Origin: Flavobacteriales bacterium
GTDB lineage: Bacteria; Bacteroidota; Bacteroidia; Flavobacteriales_C; GCA-002722245
Reading direction: 5' to 3'
Assembly (NCBI GenBank): GCA_002722245.1
Contig: PBLA01000003.1
Location: 99,109 to 163,108, forward strand
DNA length: 64,000 nt
The notes under the pieces were generated by a model. It saw only the letters and a list, made by a program, of their open reading frames with translations. It ran no database searches and was not told the DNA's origin. Shown here piece by piece: positions 37,255 through 48,500 of the stretch; the first letter of the stretch is position 1; each line of letters opens with the position of its first letter. The translations under genes and the position numbers were made by a program.

Positions 37255-38841
37255 TTAATCCAACCACCTATAGCCTGTTTGTTCATATTCTATATAATCA
37301 TCCATTTCATGGGCAGGATCAATGGAATATCCATTATAGCTTTTTTCTAATCCATTATTATATTCAACAACCATGAGCAGACTTCCCTTTTTAGAATAAT
37401 ATAACCATTCACCCTCTCGCCTTCCTGAAATGTACTCTCCTACACGTTTTAAATTGCCATTTTCATACCAGTAAAGATGTTTACCAACGGGAAGGCCATT
37501 TTGAAAATTTCCTTTGAATACAAGTTGTTTTTTATTGTAATAACTTTTCCATTCACCCGATTTTAAACCATCAATGTATGTCCCGTATTCCGTATGATCA
37601 CCAATATGATATAACCATTCCCCATCCTCATAATCTTCTATATAATTCCCTTGAATAACAATTACTCCCGAATCATTATAGGCTTTAAAAGTACCATCGT
37701 ATAAACCGTTTGAAAAGTGTGTTTCTTCACGTAACGTTCCATTTTCATTATATTCTTTCCATAATCCATCCTCTTTACCATCAGAACCATAAATACCTTC
37801 TGATTCTAAATATCCGTTTTTATAATAATAATTCCACTCACCATATTTTTTATTATTTCTATAAAAACCTTCAGAAAGTTTTTCTCCAGATGAGTAATAA
37901 TAAATCCAAAAACCATCTTTTTCTCCAGACTTTTTCACTATACCCTCACTTTCTAAAATACCATTTTTAAATACTTTTGATGATTCAACCTCACCTTTAT
38001 CGTTGAATACTCTATGTACCCCATGAGGTTGTCCTCTCTCATTAAATCCACCTGATTTATGAATAATTCCATTTTTAGAAAATGTCTTTTTTTGATCTAT
38101 TACTTTTATATTATTAACATCCGTTATTAACACACCTTTTTCATATTTATTAATTTGCTTTAAATCACCTTTTTTATTAAATATTTTCTCTACACCATGT
38201 TTAACCCCTCTTGAATACCCTACTTCCGTTTGAAGTATATTATCATGAAAAGTCATCCATTTTCCAGATCGTTTACCTTGTGCATCAAAACGATTTATTA
38301 CGTATTTCTCTGATTGATTATTCTTATAATTCCACCAAATTTTTTCTACCCCTGCTGTATCGAATTCAAAGGCATATCCATTTTTCTTACCATTTTTAAA
38401 AGGCAGAATATATTTAAGTTTACCATTTTGATGAAATTTTCTTAAACGTTGAAGAGTATCATTAAGAAATAATTCTTCTTTTATGATAATAGTATCATGA
38501 TTATACGATAAGCGATACCCATTCTTATATCCCTTTTTATAGTTCACAGTGCGAGTTAATGCACCAGATTGAGAGTAGAATTTCCACAACGAATCAAGTT
38601 GATGATTCTTCCTATTTCCTTCGGATTTTAATAATCCATTTTGGTAATAATTACGCCAATATCCCTCGGGTTCACCATTCAACATGAATCCACTACTCGA
38701 AATTGTTCCATCTGGATATTTAAAAATTACAGAATCAAGAAGCGTTTGTCCAAAACAGGAAAAATTTACAAAAAGAAATAAACCTATCAAACTATTATGT
38801 TTTTTAATCAAAAACCTTCTGTATATGATTTCCCAAGCCAC
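37255..38841 (-). CDS. MORN-variant (MORN_2/YwqK-like) repeat protein, secreted
   Basis: Signal peptide plus many tandem ~23-aa repeats of the form G.W..YY.NG.L...G.Y.NGKK.G.W; 2 nt downstream of nadA on the same strand. Confidence 0.65.
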   Translation of the reverse strand: MAWEIIYRRFLIKKHNSLIGLFLFVNFSCFGQTLLDSVIFKYPDGTISSSGFMLNGEPEGYWRNYYQNGLLKSEGNRKNHQLDSLWKFYSQSGALTRTVNYKKGYKNGYRLSYNHDTIIIKEELFLNDTLQRLRKFHQNGKLKYILPFKNGKKNGYAFEFDTAGVEKIWWNYKNNQSEKYVINRFDAQGKRSGKWMTFHDNILQTEVGYSRGVKHGVEKIFNKKGDLKQINKYEKGVLITDVNNIKVIDQKKTFSKNGIIHKSGGFNERGQPHGVHRVFNDKGEVESSKVFKNGILESEGIVKKSGEKDGFWIYYYSSGEKLSEGFYRNNKKYGEWNYYYKNGYLESEGIYGSDGKEDGLWKEYNENGTLREETHFSNGLYDGTFKAYNDSGVIVIQGNYIEDYEDGEWLYHIGDHTEYGTYIDGLKSGEWKSYYNKKQLVFKGNFQNGLPVGKHLYWYENGNLKRVGEYISGRREGEWLYYSKKGSLLMVVEYNNGLEKSYNGYSIDPAHEMDDYIEYEQTGYRWLD

Positions 38842-38843
38842 TG

Positions 38844-39845
38844 TTACAACCCTAAACGTTCACTGATTTCGAGCATTTTAACAATCGGTTGCTTTGCAGC
38901 CCCGATTAACTCTTCAGGTAAAATCATTTCTGGCAACTCATACTTCAAGCAATTATATAGCTTCTCAAGTGTATTTAAGCGCATATGCGGACAATCATTA
39001 CATGCGCAGGTATTATTTGGCGGAGCAGGAATAAAAGTCTTCTCAGGGGCCTCTTTTTGCATTTGATGAAGAATACCACTTTCTGTCGCAACGATAAACG
39101 TGGAGCATGAACTCTCTTTAGAATAGCGAAGTAAAGCTGCAGTTGATCCTATAAAGGCAGCATGTTCAAGTAATTCTGCTTCACATTCTGGATGAGCAAT
39201 AATCTGTGCATCAGGGTTTTCTGCTTTTAGATGAATAATTTTCTCCAATGAAAAAATTTCATGAACCATACAACTTCCATCCCAAATCGCCATCTCTCTT
39301 CCTGTTTTCTTTTCTAAGTAAGCACCTAAATTTCGATCTGGTCCAAAAATAATCTTCTGTTCTTGAGGTAAACTTTCAATAATTTGAACAGCATTAGAAG
39401 AGGTACATACAATATCGGTTAACGCTTTAACTTCTGCAGAGCAATTCACATAGGAAATAACTATATGATCGGGTCGATCTTCTTTAAAACGCGCAAATTC
39501 GTCTGCAGGACAACTTTCGGCTAAGGAGCAACCAGCATTTAAATCAGGTAATAATACTTTCTTTTGAGGGCTTAAAATTTTTGCTGTTTCAGCCATGAAC
39601 TCAACACCTGCAAATAGTATAATATCCGCATCCGTGTTTGCAGCTTTTTGGGCAAGTGCCAAACTATCACCTACAAAATCTGCTATATCTTGAATATCGC
39701 CTTCCTGATAATAATGAGCAAGGATAACTGCATTTTTCTCTTTTTTCAATTTTTCAATTTCTTCAAAAAGATCCATCGTAGGGTCAATGTCTCTTTCTAA
39801 GTATCCTTTTTTTTCTAATTCAATAAAATTATCTTGACTAATCAT
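38844..39845 (-). CDS. nadA: Quinolinate synthase
   Basis: NadA fold with conserved Cys ligand regions ([23 protein letters not shown]); 333 aa. Confidence 0.85.
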   Translation of the reverse strand: MISQDNFIELEKKGYLERDIDPTMDLFEEIEKLKKEKNAVILAHYYQEGDIQDIADFVGDSLALAQKAANTDADIILFAGVEFMAETAKILSPQKKVLLPDLNAGCSLAESCPADEFARFKEDRPDHIVISYVNCSAEVKALTDIVCTSSNAVQIIESLPQEQKIIFGPDRNLGAYLEKKTGREMAIWDGSCMVHEIFSLEKIIHLKAENPDAQIIAHPECEAELLEHAAFIGSTAALLRYSKESSCSTFIVATESGILHQMQKEAPEKTFIPAPPNNTCACNDCPHMRLNTLEKLYNCLKYELPEMILPEELIGAAKQPIVKMLEISERLGL

Positions 39846-40311
39846 ATAATATATATTTCTTTTTTAAATAAAATATGTTGTTATTATTATTCGGTTGATA
39901 AGTTGGATTTCTTTTTTTGTTATTTCTTGTATAAACACATTATACAAATTTAATAACTGGTTATACACAATTTGTAAATTTTTAAATATTTGATAGTCAA
40001 AAAACTAATGTTTTATTAACAGATTGTATAGTGAACATAAATGTTGATTTAATTCATGATTTAAACAATGTTAAGAATGTTTAATCAATGTTAATAGCTT
40101 TTTGTAAATCCTTTTAATTAACTCTTGTATAAATGAAAAAAATGATCAGATGAATCTTTTTATTGTTAATTACAAGTAAAACTTATAAAATATATTCACT
40201 TTTAAAGTGGCGTTTTGCACAACTCACATGTGTAAAACTACCACAATAAACTACCTGATTATTACTATTTTATAATTTATTTAACAATATGGAATCAATG
40301 ATGTTGATATC
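39846..40311. promoter_or_regulatory. 466-bp AT-rich intergenic region with iterated short motifs upstream of the lipoprotein-DUF389-recO-TBDR operon and divergent from nadA
   Basis: Five AATGTT repeats within 40008-40094, three of them phased as AATGTT(A/T)A at 40068/40077/40088. Three TTGTATA copies, two TTATACA copies and an imperfect inverted repeat GTTTTGCACA...TGTGTAAAAC near 40212-40238. Confidence 0.35.
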
Positions 40312-40836
40312 GTGCGTTTAATAAGCTTTAACTTATTTTTTATTCTTTTATTATTTGGGTGTGATGTTTCTCAAAATCCAATTCAAAATAAGGATTTATT
40401 ATTTTCGTATAAATCTCTAATTCAGGACTTAACCTTACAGAAGGTAAAGTTGATAAAATATATAACGTATCAAAATAAAGTTGATACCATTATCATTTCA
40501 GAGGAACAACTTAATTTAAAAAAAGAGCTTCAACTTTTTGAAGAGGCGATTATTATAAAACGGCCTCAATCTTCTTACGAAATGAAAAACATAAAGGAAG
40601 GGTGCTCAAAAAAGTATGATGCTATTGACCAAAATCAAATTATTAGGCGTTTAGAATTTAATACATGCAACAACGATTTTTCTATTCAGATAAATATGAA
40701 TAAATCAAGCCCGCTTTTTGCTTTTAACTATACCTTAAATTTAGATAAAAGCGGATATGTGATCCAAGTGGATTCTAAGGTAGATTTGGTTTATCAATCA
40801 ATTTACACAATTGAAGGCACCTTTTTAAAACAGTGA
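40312..40836 (+). CDS. Hypothetical lipoprotein
   Basis: GTG start; signal peptide with lipobox LLFGC|D; 174 aa; no recognisable domain. Confidence 0.4.
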   Translation: MRLISFNLFFILLLFGCDVSQNPIQNKDLLFSYKSLIQDLTLQKVKLIKYITYQNKVDTIIISEEQLNLKKELQLFEEAIIIKRPQSSYEMKNIKEGCSKKYDAIDQNQIIRRLEFNTCNNDFSIQINMNKSSPLFAFNYTLNLDKSGYVIQVDSKVDLVYQSIYTIEGTFLKQ

Positions 40837-40839
40837 AAG

Positions 40840-42294
40840 ATGGAAGAACATCAACATATAAATGATGATAATCAGCAGGATAAGAACAAGATAACGGATG
40901 AAATACCTACGGAGGATAATACCTTAAATGATAGTTTTAAAGATTTCATTTCTAAACTTTGGAATTTTACACGTGGTACGCTGAGTTTTGCACATGAAGT
41001 GGATAGACAAGCCACAATAAAGATGATAAAAAATGAAATTCAGTTTAAAGGATTTAATATATGGATTCTCATTTTTTCTATAATTATTGCAAGTATCGGA
41101 TTAAATACCAATTCCACTGCTGTGATTATAGGGGCCATGTTAATTTCACCATTAATGGGACCTATTATGGGAATAGGATTGTCTTTAGGAACAAACGATT
41201 GGGGAACACTTGTACAATCTTTTCGATCATTAATGATTACAGTAGGTGTTAGTTTAGTAACAAGTACTGTTTATTTTTGGATTACACCTTTTGGTGAAGC
41301 GGGAGATGAACTTTTAGGTCGTACTCACCCCGAATTACGCGATGTTTTTATTGCAATATTTGGAGGATTAGCGGGGATAATGGCAAATACGCGAAATAAG
41401 GCGACGAATGTTATTCCAGGAGTTGCTATTGCAACAGCTTTAATGCCTCCATTGTGTACAGCTGGATATGGTATAGCAACATTAAATTGGAAGTTCTTCT
41501 CAGGAGCTTTTTATCTTTTTCTGATTAACAGTGTTTACATAGCTTTAACCACATTTATTGTAATCAGATATTTAAAATTTCCACTTGTTCATTTGATGGA
41601 TGAAGTAAAGGAGAAACGTTTTAGAAAATATATTCTGGGTTTTTCGTTATTATTAATAATACCAAGTATTTGGACACTTTATAAATCCTATTTAAAAAAT
41701 AATTTTGAAACGAATGCAAAAGAATTTGTGGAGTATTATTTTAAAGCCAGAGAGCGTCATCATTCTTTGGTTGATTATAATGATGGGATGCCTATTATTG
41801 ATATTAGTTTAATTGGAAAGTCAAAATTAACTCGTGAGGAGTATCAAACAGAAATGGAACGATTTGATCTCGATCCGTCTAGAATTAATTTTACGATTTC
41901 AGAGGATAAAAGAATAGATGAAGTTTTAGATAAAATAAACAATCAAAAATATGAAGGCCCTCAATTTTTTGAAGATATGTACAGTGTGAATTTACAGCAA
42001 ATTAAAATACTGCAACGACAAAACGATTCTTTAAAAAGTAATATTTCAATAATGATTGCAGATACTATTCCTTTTCATTCTATTTCACAAGAACTTAAAA
42101 TCAATTATCCTGAGGTAGAGCGTTTTGAATATGGTGTGTATAAAACAACTGATTTTTATCAAACAAAGGAAATTCCAACATTTCATTTGAGTTGGCAGAA
42201 AAAATCATATCAAACGAAGAAAATGGAAAAGAAAATTCAAGAATGGCTTAAACATAGGCTTAAGCTTAATGAAGTTAGGGTGGTAAGTTTTTAA
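40840..42294 (+). CDS. DUF389-family membrane protein with C-terminal soluble extension
   Basis: Conserved DUF389 hydrophobic-domain motifs (IIGAMLISPLMGPIMGIGL, ATALMPPLCTAGYGIA). ~210-aa non-membrane C-terminal region. Confidence 0.7.
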   Translation: MEEHQHINDDNQQDKNKITDEIPTEDNTLNDSFKDFISKLWNFTRGTLSFAHEVDRQATIKMIKNEIQFKGFNIWILIFSIIIASIGLNTNSTAVIIGAMLISPLMGPIMGIGLSLGTNDWGTLVQSFRSLMITVGVSLVTSTVYFWITPFGEAGDELLGRTHPELRDVFIAIFGGLAGIMANTRNKATNVIPGVAIATALMPPLCTAGYGIATLNWKFFSGAFYLFLINSVYIALTTFIVIRYLKFPLVHLMDEVKEKRFRKYILGFSLLLIIPSIWTLYKSYLKNNFETNAKEFVEYYFKARERHHSLVDYNDGMPIIDISLIGKSKLTREEYQTEMERFDLDPSRINFTISEDKRIDEVLDKINNQKYEGPQFFEDMYSVNLQQIKILQRQNDSLKSNISIMIADTIPFHSISQELKINYPEVERFEYGVYKTTDFYQTKEIPTFHLSWQKKSYQTKKMEKKIQEWLKHRLKLNEVRVVSF

Positions 42295-42296
42295 CT

Positions 42297-43013
42297 ATGC
42301 ATATTGTAGATTCTGCTATCATTATTAGAACTTTTCCTGTAAAAAGCAATCAGAATGTAGTTAAATTACTCACCCGTTCACATGGTATACAAACGGCTTA
42401 TTTATCAGCTGGAACAAAGAAAAAATCGGTTAAAAATGCTGTTCTTCAGCCTCTTAGTTTGTGTCAGGTAACGTTGAAGAAAAATAAAAATTCATCTTTA
42501 CTTAATTTAAAAGAGGCGCGCATAGATATTCCGTTTATAAATATTCAACTGGATATTGTAAAGAGCACAATTGTCTTGTTTCTTGCCGATTTTTTGGACC
42601 ACGTACTTTTGGAGGATCACGAAGAAGTAGGTTTTGATTTTTTACAAAAAGCGTTACAAATTCTCAATGAAATAGAATTGGGTAAGTCGGTATATCATTT
42701 AGCTTTTTTGGTTAAAATGATGCAGTGGTTGGGGATTCAACCCAGTTTAAAAAAAGATAAAAATCATTATTTAAATATAAAGGAAGGTGTTTTTGAGTCT
42801 TCTTCACCTAATCATCCCTATTATTTCTCAAAATCAGAAACCCAATTATTTGCTTATTTTGTACAATCCGAATGGACTCAACTTAGTGAAGTTCGATTAA
42901 CAAAAGAGGAGCGAGGAAGTTTTTTAAACAATATTATTCTTTATTACACATTTCATATACCTGGATTTAAAAAACCACAATCATTAAGTATTTTAGAAGA
43001 GGTGTTTAGTTAA
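42297..43013 (+). CDS. recO: DNA repair protein RecO
   Basis: N-terminal OB-fold pattern (AIIIRTFPVKSNQNVVKLLTRSHGIQTAYLSAG...LQPLSL) typical of RecO; 238 aa. Confidence 0.7.
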   Translation: MHIVDSAIIIRTFPVKSNQNVVKLLTRSHGIQTAYLSAGTKKKSVKNAVLQPLSLCQVTLKKNKNSSLLNLKEARIDIPFINIQLDIVKSTIVLFLADFLDHVLLEDHEEVGFDFLQKALQILNEIELGKSVYHLAFLVKMMQWLGIQPSLKKDKNHYLNIKEGVFESSSPNHPYYFSKSETQLFAYFVQSEWTQLSEVRLTKEERGSFLNNIILYYTFHIPGFKKPQSLSILEEVFS

Positions 43014-45410
43014 ATGAGAATCACGTTGTTCATTTATTTTTTTAGTTTGGGCAGTATGCTTAAAGCCCAACAGATCCAAGTTTTTAATTTGGATTCTATG
43101 CCAATTCGTAATGTTCTTATTGCCAATATAACAATGGATGAAACGGTATTTACGAATAGAAAAGGAGAGGCGGACTTAACTATTTTTCAGGATGAAGATG
43201 AATTATTACAACTTACTCATAAGTCATACCAAACAATACTCTTATCAAAAAAAGAGCTCACCCAGATGGGTAAGCTTTTTTTATTTAAACGTTCCAATGA
43301 AATCGCACCTGTTCAAGTTGCTATAACATCTAAAACAAAAGAGTCTACATATGAATTAATTACTCAGACGAAAACCATTTCATCGGAGGTTATTCAACAA
43401 CAGGCTCCTGCTACCACTGCAGATTTAATTGAAGGGACAGGAGAGGTGCAAGTTCAAAAAACACAATTAGGAGGAGGGAGTCCAATTTTAAGAGGTTTTG
43501 AAGCAAGTAGAGTATTATTAATTGTAGATGGCGTTCGAATGAATAATGCAATTTACCGCAGTGGTCATTTACATAATTCCATTTCTATTGATCCTAATAT
43601 GTTAGAAGGAGTAGAAATTATTTTTGGTCCAAATTCACTTATGTATGGCAGCGATGCATTAGGAGGAGTTATACATTTTAAATCTAAAGAACCTCAATTT
43701 AAAACCGATTCATCGAGTGTAGAGTTCATTAATGGAACAGTAAGGTATCAGTCTGCAATGAACGGAAAAACAATGCGGTTTAGTTATCAAAATGGAAACA
43801 GGCGTTTTGCCTACTTAATTGGAGGGACTCAAAATAAATTTGGTGATTTAAGGATGGGAAATAAACGTTTTCATGGATTTGATGATTTTGGTAAAATTGA
43901 TTTTTTTATTGATCAAGTAAATGGTCAAGACAGTATTGTAGAAAATGAGGATAAAAACCGATTAAAACGATCAGGATATAGTCAAAATGATATTTTATGG
44001 AAAGGGTGTTATAAGTATAACCCATATACCGTTTATAAAATCAATTTTCAATATTCTTTTGCTGATTTTATTCCAAGATTAGATAAGTTATACGAAGAGA
44101 ATAATGGTCAATTGAAATATGCCGAATGGAATTACACGGATAATAAAAGAGCATTATTCTCTGTGGTGAAAGAGACAAAAAAACGCACAAAACTGTATGA
44201 TTACAACTCGTTTATTCTTGCCCATCAAAAAATTATTGAAAACAGGATGAATCGTGAGTATCAATCATTAATACATTGGAAAAATCTTGAAGATGTTTCG
44301 GTTTATTCTTTTAATGCTGATTTTATAAAATATCTTGACTCATTTAAAACAACAAAAATTAATTTTGGTGCTGAAGGTGTTTTTAATTTTGTAGCCTCTG
44401 ATGCGTTTGGAGAACATCGTGATGAAGAAGAATACTACCCATTAATTACCAGATATCCAGGAAAAGGATCTGAGTATCATTCAGGAGCTGCATATTTAGC
44501 GGTTCAAAAAAAAATTAAACAGCACCTTATTAAAGGTGGGATGCGGTATACCTATACGCATCTTGAATCTCGTTTTGATACGAATTTAATCACAAATGCT
44601 CTTGACTTAACAAACGAAAAAACACAAAATAATGCATTTACATCTTCTATTGGATACATTTTTAAAAAAGGGAACGATAAATTCTATAGTTCTTTATCAA
44701 CAGCATTCAAATCACCAAATATTGATGATTTTGGTAAGGTCTTTGAAAAGTCGGGTAATTTGACAATACCAAATACTGAATTAAGACCAGAAACGTCTAT
44801 TAATTTCGAGATAGGAACAAACTTAATTCATCATTATATAGATTTTGAACTTGCAGCCTACTGCACAAAAGTATTTAATTTGATGACGAAACTTCCAACA
44901 GAGATCAATGGAACATCTACGTTTAATTTGGCTAATAATGATGTTCAGTTGGTTAGTTTACAAAATAGTGGTTCAGCAAATATTTATGGCTTGCACACAG
45001 CCTTTCGGTTAAAGTTCAATAATCTGTTGAATTGGACAACAACAACAACATTTACTAAAGGAGTCTATGATAATCCAGATCAACCTGTAGGTCATATTCC
45101 ACCTATTTATGGCAAAAGTGAATTGTCCTATAAATTAAGAAAGTATAAATTTTCTTTATACACGAGGTTTAATAGTAGAAAAAAATGGAAAAATTTTAAC
45201 ACATTAAGTGATAATCCTAATCAAGCTGTTTTAAATTTTGGGACTCCAGCATGGATGACCCTCAATACTTCTGCTTTTGTTTATGCACATCCTCGACTAA
45301 AATTGCAAATGGCGTTTGAAAATATTTTAGACGCCCATTACAAAACATTCGCTTCTGCAATCAGCGCTCCAGGAAGAAATATTATTTTAACGGCCTATTT
45401 TAAATTTTAG
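43014..45410 (+). CDS. TonB-dependent outer-membrane receptor
   Basis: Signal peptide, N-terminal carboxypeptidase-regulatory-like segment, plug-domain motifs (GGSPILRGFEASRVLLIVDGVRMNNA, GPNSLMYGSDALGGVIHF), C-terminal terminal-Phe barrel ending YFKF. Start ATG directly abuts the recO stop. Confidence 0.8.
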   Translation: MRITLFIYFFSLGSMLKAQQIQVFNLDSMPIRNVLIANITMDETVFTNRKGEADLTIFQDEDELLQLTHKSYQTILLSKKELTQMGKLFLFKRSNEIAPVQVAITSKTKESTYELITQTKTISSEVIQQQAPATTADLIEGTGEVQVQKTQLGGGSPILRGFEASRVLLIVDGVRMNNAIYRSGHLHNSISIDPNMLEGVEIIFGPNSLMYGSDALGGVIHFKSKEPQFKTDSSSVEFINGTVRYQSAMNGKTMRFSYQNGNRRFAYLIGGTQNKFGDLRMGNKRFHGFDDFGKIDFFIDQVNGQDSIVENEDKNRLKRSGYSQNDILWKGCYKYNPYTVYKINFQYSFADFIPRLDKLYEENNGQLKYAEWNYTDNKRALFSVVKETKKRTKLYDYNSFILAHQKIIENRMNREYQSLIHWKNLEDVSVYSFNADFIKYLDSFKTTKINFGAEGVFNFVASDAFGEHRDEEEYYPLITRYPGKGSEYHSGAAYLAVQKKIKQHLIKGGMRYTYTHLESRFDTNLITNALDLTNEKTQNNAFTSSIGYIFKKGNDKFYSSLSTAFKSPNIDDFGKVFEKSGNLTIPNTELRPETSINFEIGTNLIHHYIDFELAAYCTKVFNLMTKLPTEINGTSTFNLANNDVQLVSLQNSGSANIYGLHTAFRLKFNNLLNWTTTTTFTKGVYDNPDQPVGHIPPIYGKSELSYKLRKYKFSLYTRFNSRKKWKNFNTLSDNPNQAVLNFGTPAWMTLNTSAFVYAHPRLKLQMAFENILDAHYKTFASAISAPGRNIILTAYFKF

Positions 45411-45556
45411 TCTTAGAAAATAGCCGATTAAGTATCGTGATGTAATATTTTAACAAACAATAACAACAAATAATCTCAAAATAGGGATTCAAATTGTTTA
45501 GAGGTAATACCTTTCTAAATATTTCGGGCTAAATTAGAGCACATATAAAATCTCAC

Positions 45557-48500
45557 ATGAAAAATATTCTTTCTTTATTAGCTATTTCTTTCTGCTCATT
45601 CTTATTTGCACAAACAGATTATTCCTTTACCTCTTCTGGTGAACGTTTTAAAAAAGCCTATGAGCACTTACTTAAAGAGGAGTATTCAGCCGCATTCGAG
45701 TACTTTGACCAGGTTAACCCCAGTGATACATTGTATGACTTAGTGAGGTTTAATAAACTGGTATATCAATATAATGGTAATTTCTATAAGGATGTTGTGG
45801 AAACAGGGAAAGGAATTATTGAAGATGAATCGATTTATACTCCTGAAGCTTATTTTTATATGATAAAGGCATTAATCGATTTAAGGGATTATGAAAAGGC
45901 AAAAGAAGGAATTCAAAAAGCGAAAAAACGCTTTCCACTTTTCTTTAAGTATGATTTTTTGGACGCTCTAATGAGTAAGGATAAAGGTGAATTTGAAAAA
46001 GCGAAAAAACAATTTCAAACAATTTTAAGAAAACATCCTAAACATTCACAATCTCATTATGAGTTAGCGAAAATAATGGCCGATGAGGCAGCAGAAACAG
46101 AGGCTATATTAGGGTTTCAAATGGCTATAATGTCAAATAGAAATTCCGTTGTGTTACAAAAATCCTTTGTAGGAATGGAGGATGTTATGCAAAATAATTT
46201 TGAAGTAACGCGATCCAAAGACGACAATAAACTTTATAAACAAATCAATGGTTTTATTGCCTCTGAGATTGGACTTAAACAAGGCTATAAGGCCGACATT
46301 AGCTTAAAGTATTTTTCGAATAATGTCACGGATTTACTTTTTAAGCAATTCACATTTAAAGAAAACACCGATGATTTTACGATGAATTATTATGGTCGGT
46401 TTTTTAATGAGGTTAAAAAGAATAACCTCACCAAGGGTTATATTCTTTATTTACTTGGTGTGATTAATAATCCAGTTGTTCAAAAACACGTAACTACCTT
46501 TAAGTCCGACATTGAAGCGTTCGAAAAATTTCAGAAAAAATATTGGAAGCAATTAGCAAATGAAAATAAAACCGCTATAAATGGAAAACTATATAAAAGA
46601 GAGTATCAGTATGATGAAACAGGATTAATAACAGCCGTTGGAAAATTAAATGACAAAGATAAAAGAGTAGGACCTTGGGTTTATTTTTATCCCTCTGGTG
46701 ATATCGCTGCAAAAACAAATTACAACGAAGAGGGTCTTTTACAGGGTGAAAATATTTGGTTTGCAAGAGACGGTTATATTAAAGAGTCTGCAGATTATGA
46801 GGCAGGAAAAATAACGGGTCATGCGTTTTTTACAAGAGACAATGGATCACCTTTATATGAAGGATCTTTTGAGGAAAATAAGGCCGAAGGAGAACTAACA
46901 TTTTATACAAATACAGGTATTCTTAGTGCTAAAAAAGGATTTAAGTCCAATGAGTTAGAGGGAGAGGTTAAAGAATATTATACCAATGGAATGCTTGCTT
47001 CAAAAGTAATGATTAAAAATGGCAAAAATCAAGGGTTGCAGGTGGTTCTATATCCCACAGGAGATACAATCAGTACAAAGGAGTTTGACAAAGGAAAGGC
47101 GGTTGGAAAATATGAGAGTCGTCATACCAATGGCAAAATAGCTTCTCGTGGTCAATATAAATCTGGCAAAAGAATTGGGAAGTGGGTGGATTATTACTAT
47201 GACGGGACAGTCAAGTACAAATACCAGTATAAAAATGGAAATTTCCATGGAGCGTATTTAAAATTTGATACTAACGGAGATACACTGGTATATGGTCAAT
47301 ATGCCAATAGCTTACTTCAGGGGCCTTACAAGGATTATTCAAATAATAAAGTTCTCTGGCAACATGATTACAAAAAGGGGAAGTTAAAAAAGTATTACAA
47401 TTATTCTCCAAGTGGAACTTTGATTAATAAGGGTAAAAAGAACTATAACTTAAATGATAAGTTTGGATTTAAATACATTGAAGGAACTAAAAAAGGCAAT
47501 GATTTTCATGGGGATTATATTATATACTGGAAAAATGGAAAAGTAAAAGAAAAGCGAGTCTATGAAAAAGGTGTTCGACAAGGAGAACATAAAGAATATT
47601 ATGCTTGGGGAGAACTAGAGGTAGAAACCAATTATAAAGATGATGAGCTTCATGGGCTTTATAAAGCATACTACGATAATGGTGAGTTATATTGCGAAGG
47701 ACATTATTTTGAAGGGGAAGAAATCGGATTATGGAAGTTTTACCATCCAAATGGAAACCTAAAAAAGACCTATTATTATAGTGATGGAGAGTCTATAGGA
47801 CACCATATTTACTATTCTATATCGGGAGAAAAAAAGGCAGATTATTTTTATAAAGATGAAATATTGTACAACACAAAAGTATTTAATAGCCAAGGAGAAG
47901 TTGTGTGTAACATCAAAACACCGCAAGGAAAAGGGGTTTACCATTTTACAAATGTAGAGGGGTATAAAATATTAAAATCAAATTTGGATGGAGGAAAGCA
48001 CCACGGAAAAAAGCAATTTTTTTACCCTAATGGTCAACTCATGGAATCTGTTGAAAAGAAACATGGTGAAAGTCATGGTAAATTTCAATCCTTTTATCCC
48101 AACGGTCAACTTAAAGAGGAAGGAGTATATGTTTTTGGTGCAAAGCAGGGAGAGTGGAAAAGTTATCACCACAATGGGAAGCTATCTAGGAAAGCGCGTT
48201 ATGTGGATAATTATGTTAGAGATTCCATAGTGGAGTATTTTATAACAGGTGAGGTAGATGAAATCACATATTACGATGCTAATGGAAATCAAACACAGGT
48301 GCACTATATGCATCCTTCGGGAAAAACAAACAGTGTTGTAACTTTTGATGATGGTTTTATTCAAGGAAATTACAGTAACTATGACGGTTTAGGACAGCTT
48401 GTAATTAATAGAACCTATAATGGAGGAGAAAACATTACATACAGCTATGAAAAAAATGGCAAGCTTATTGAACCAATAAGCATCACTAATGATAAACCAA

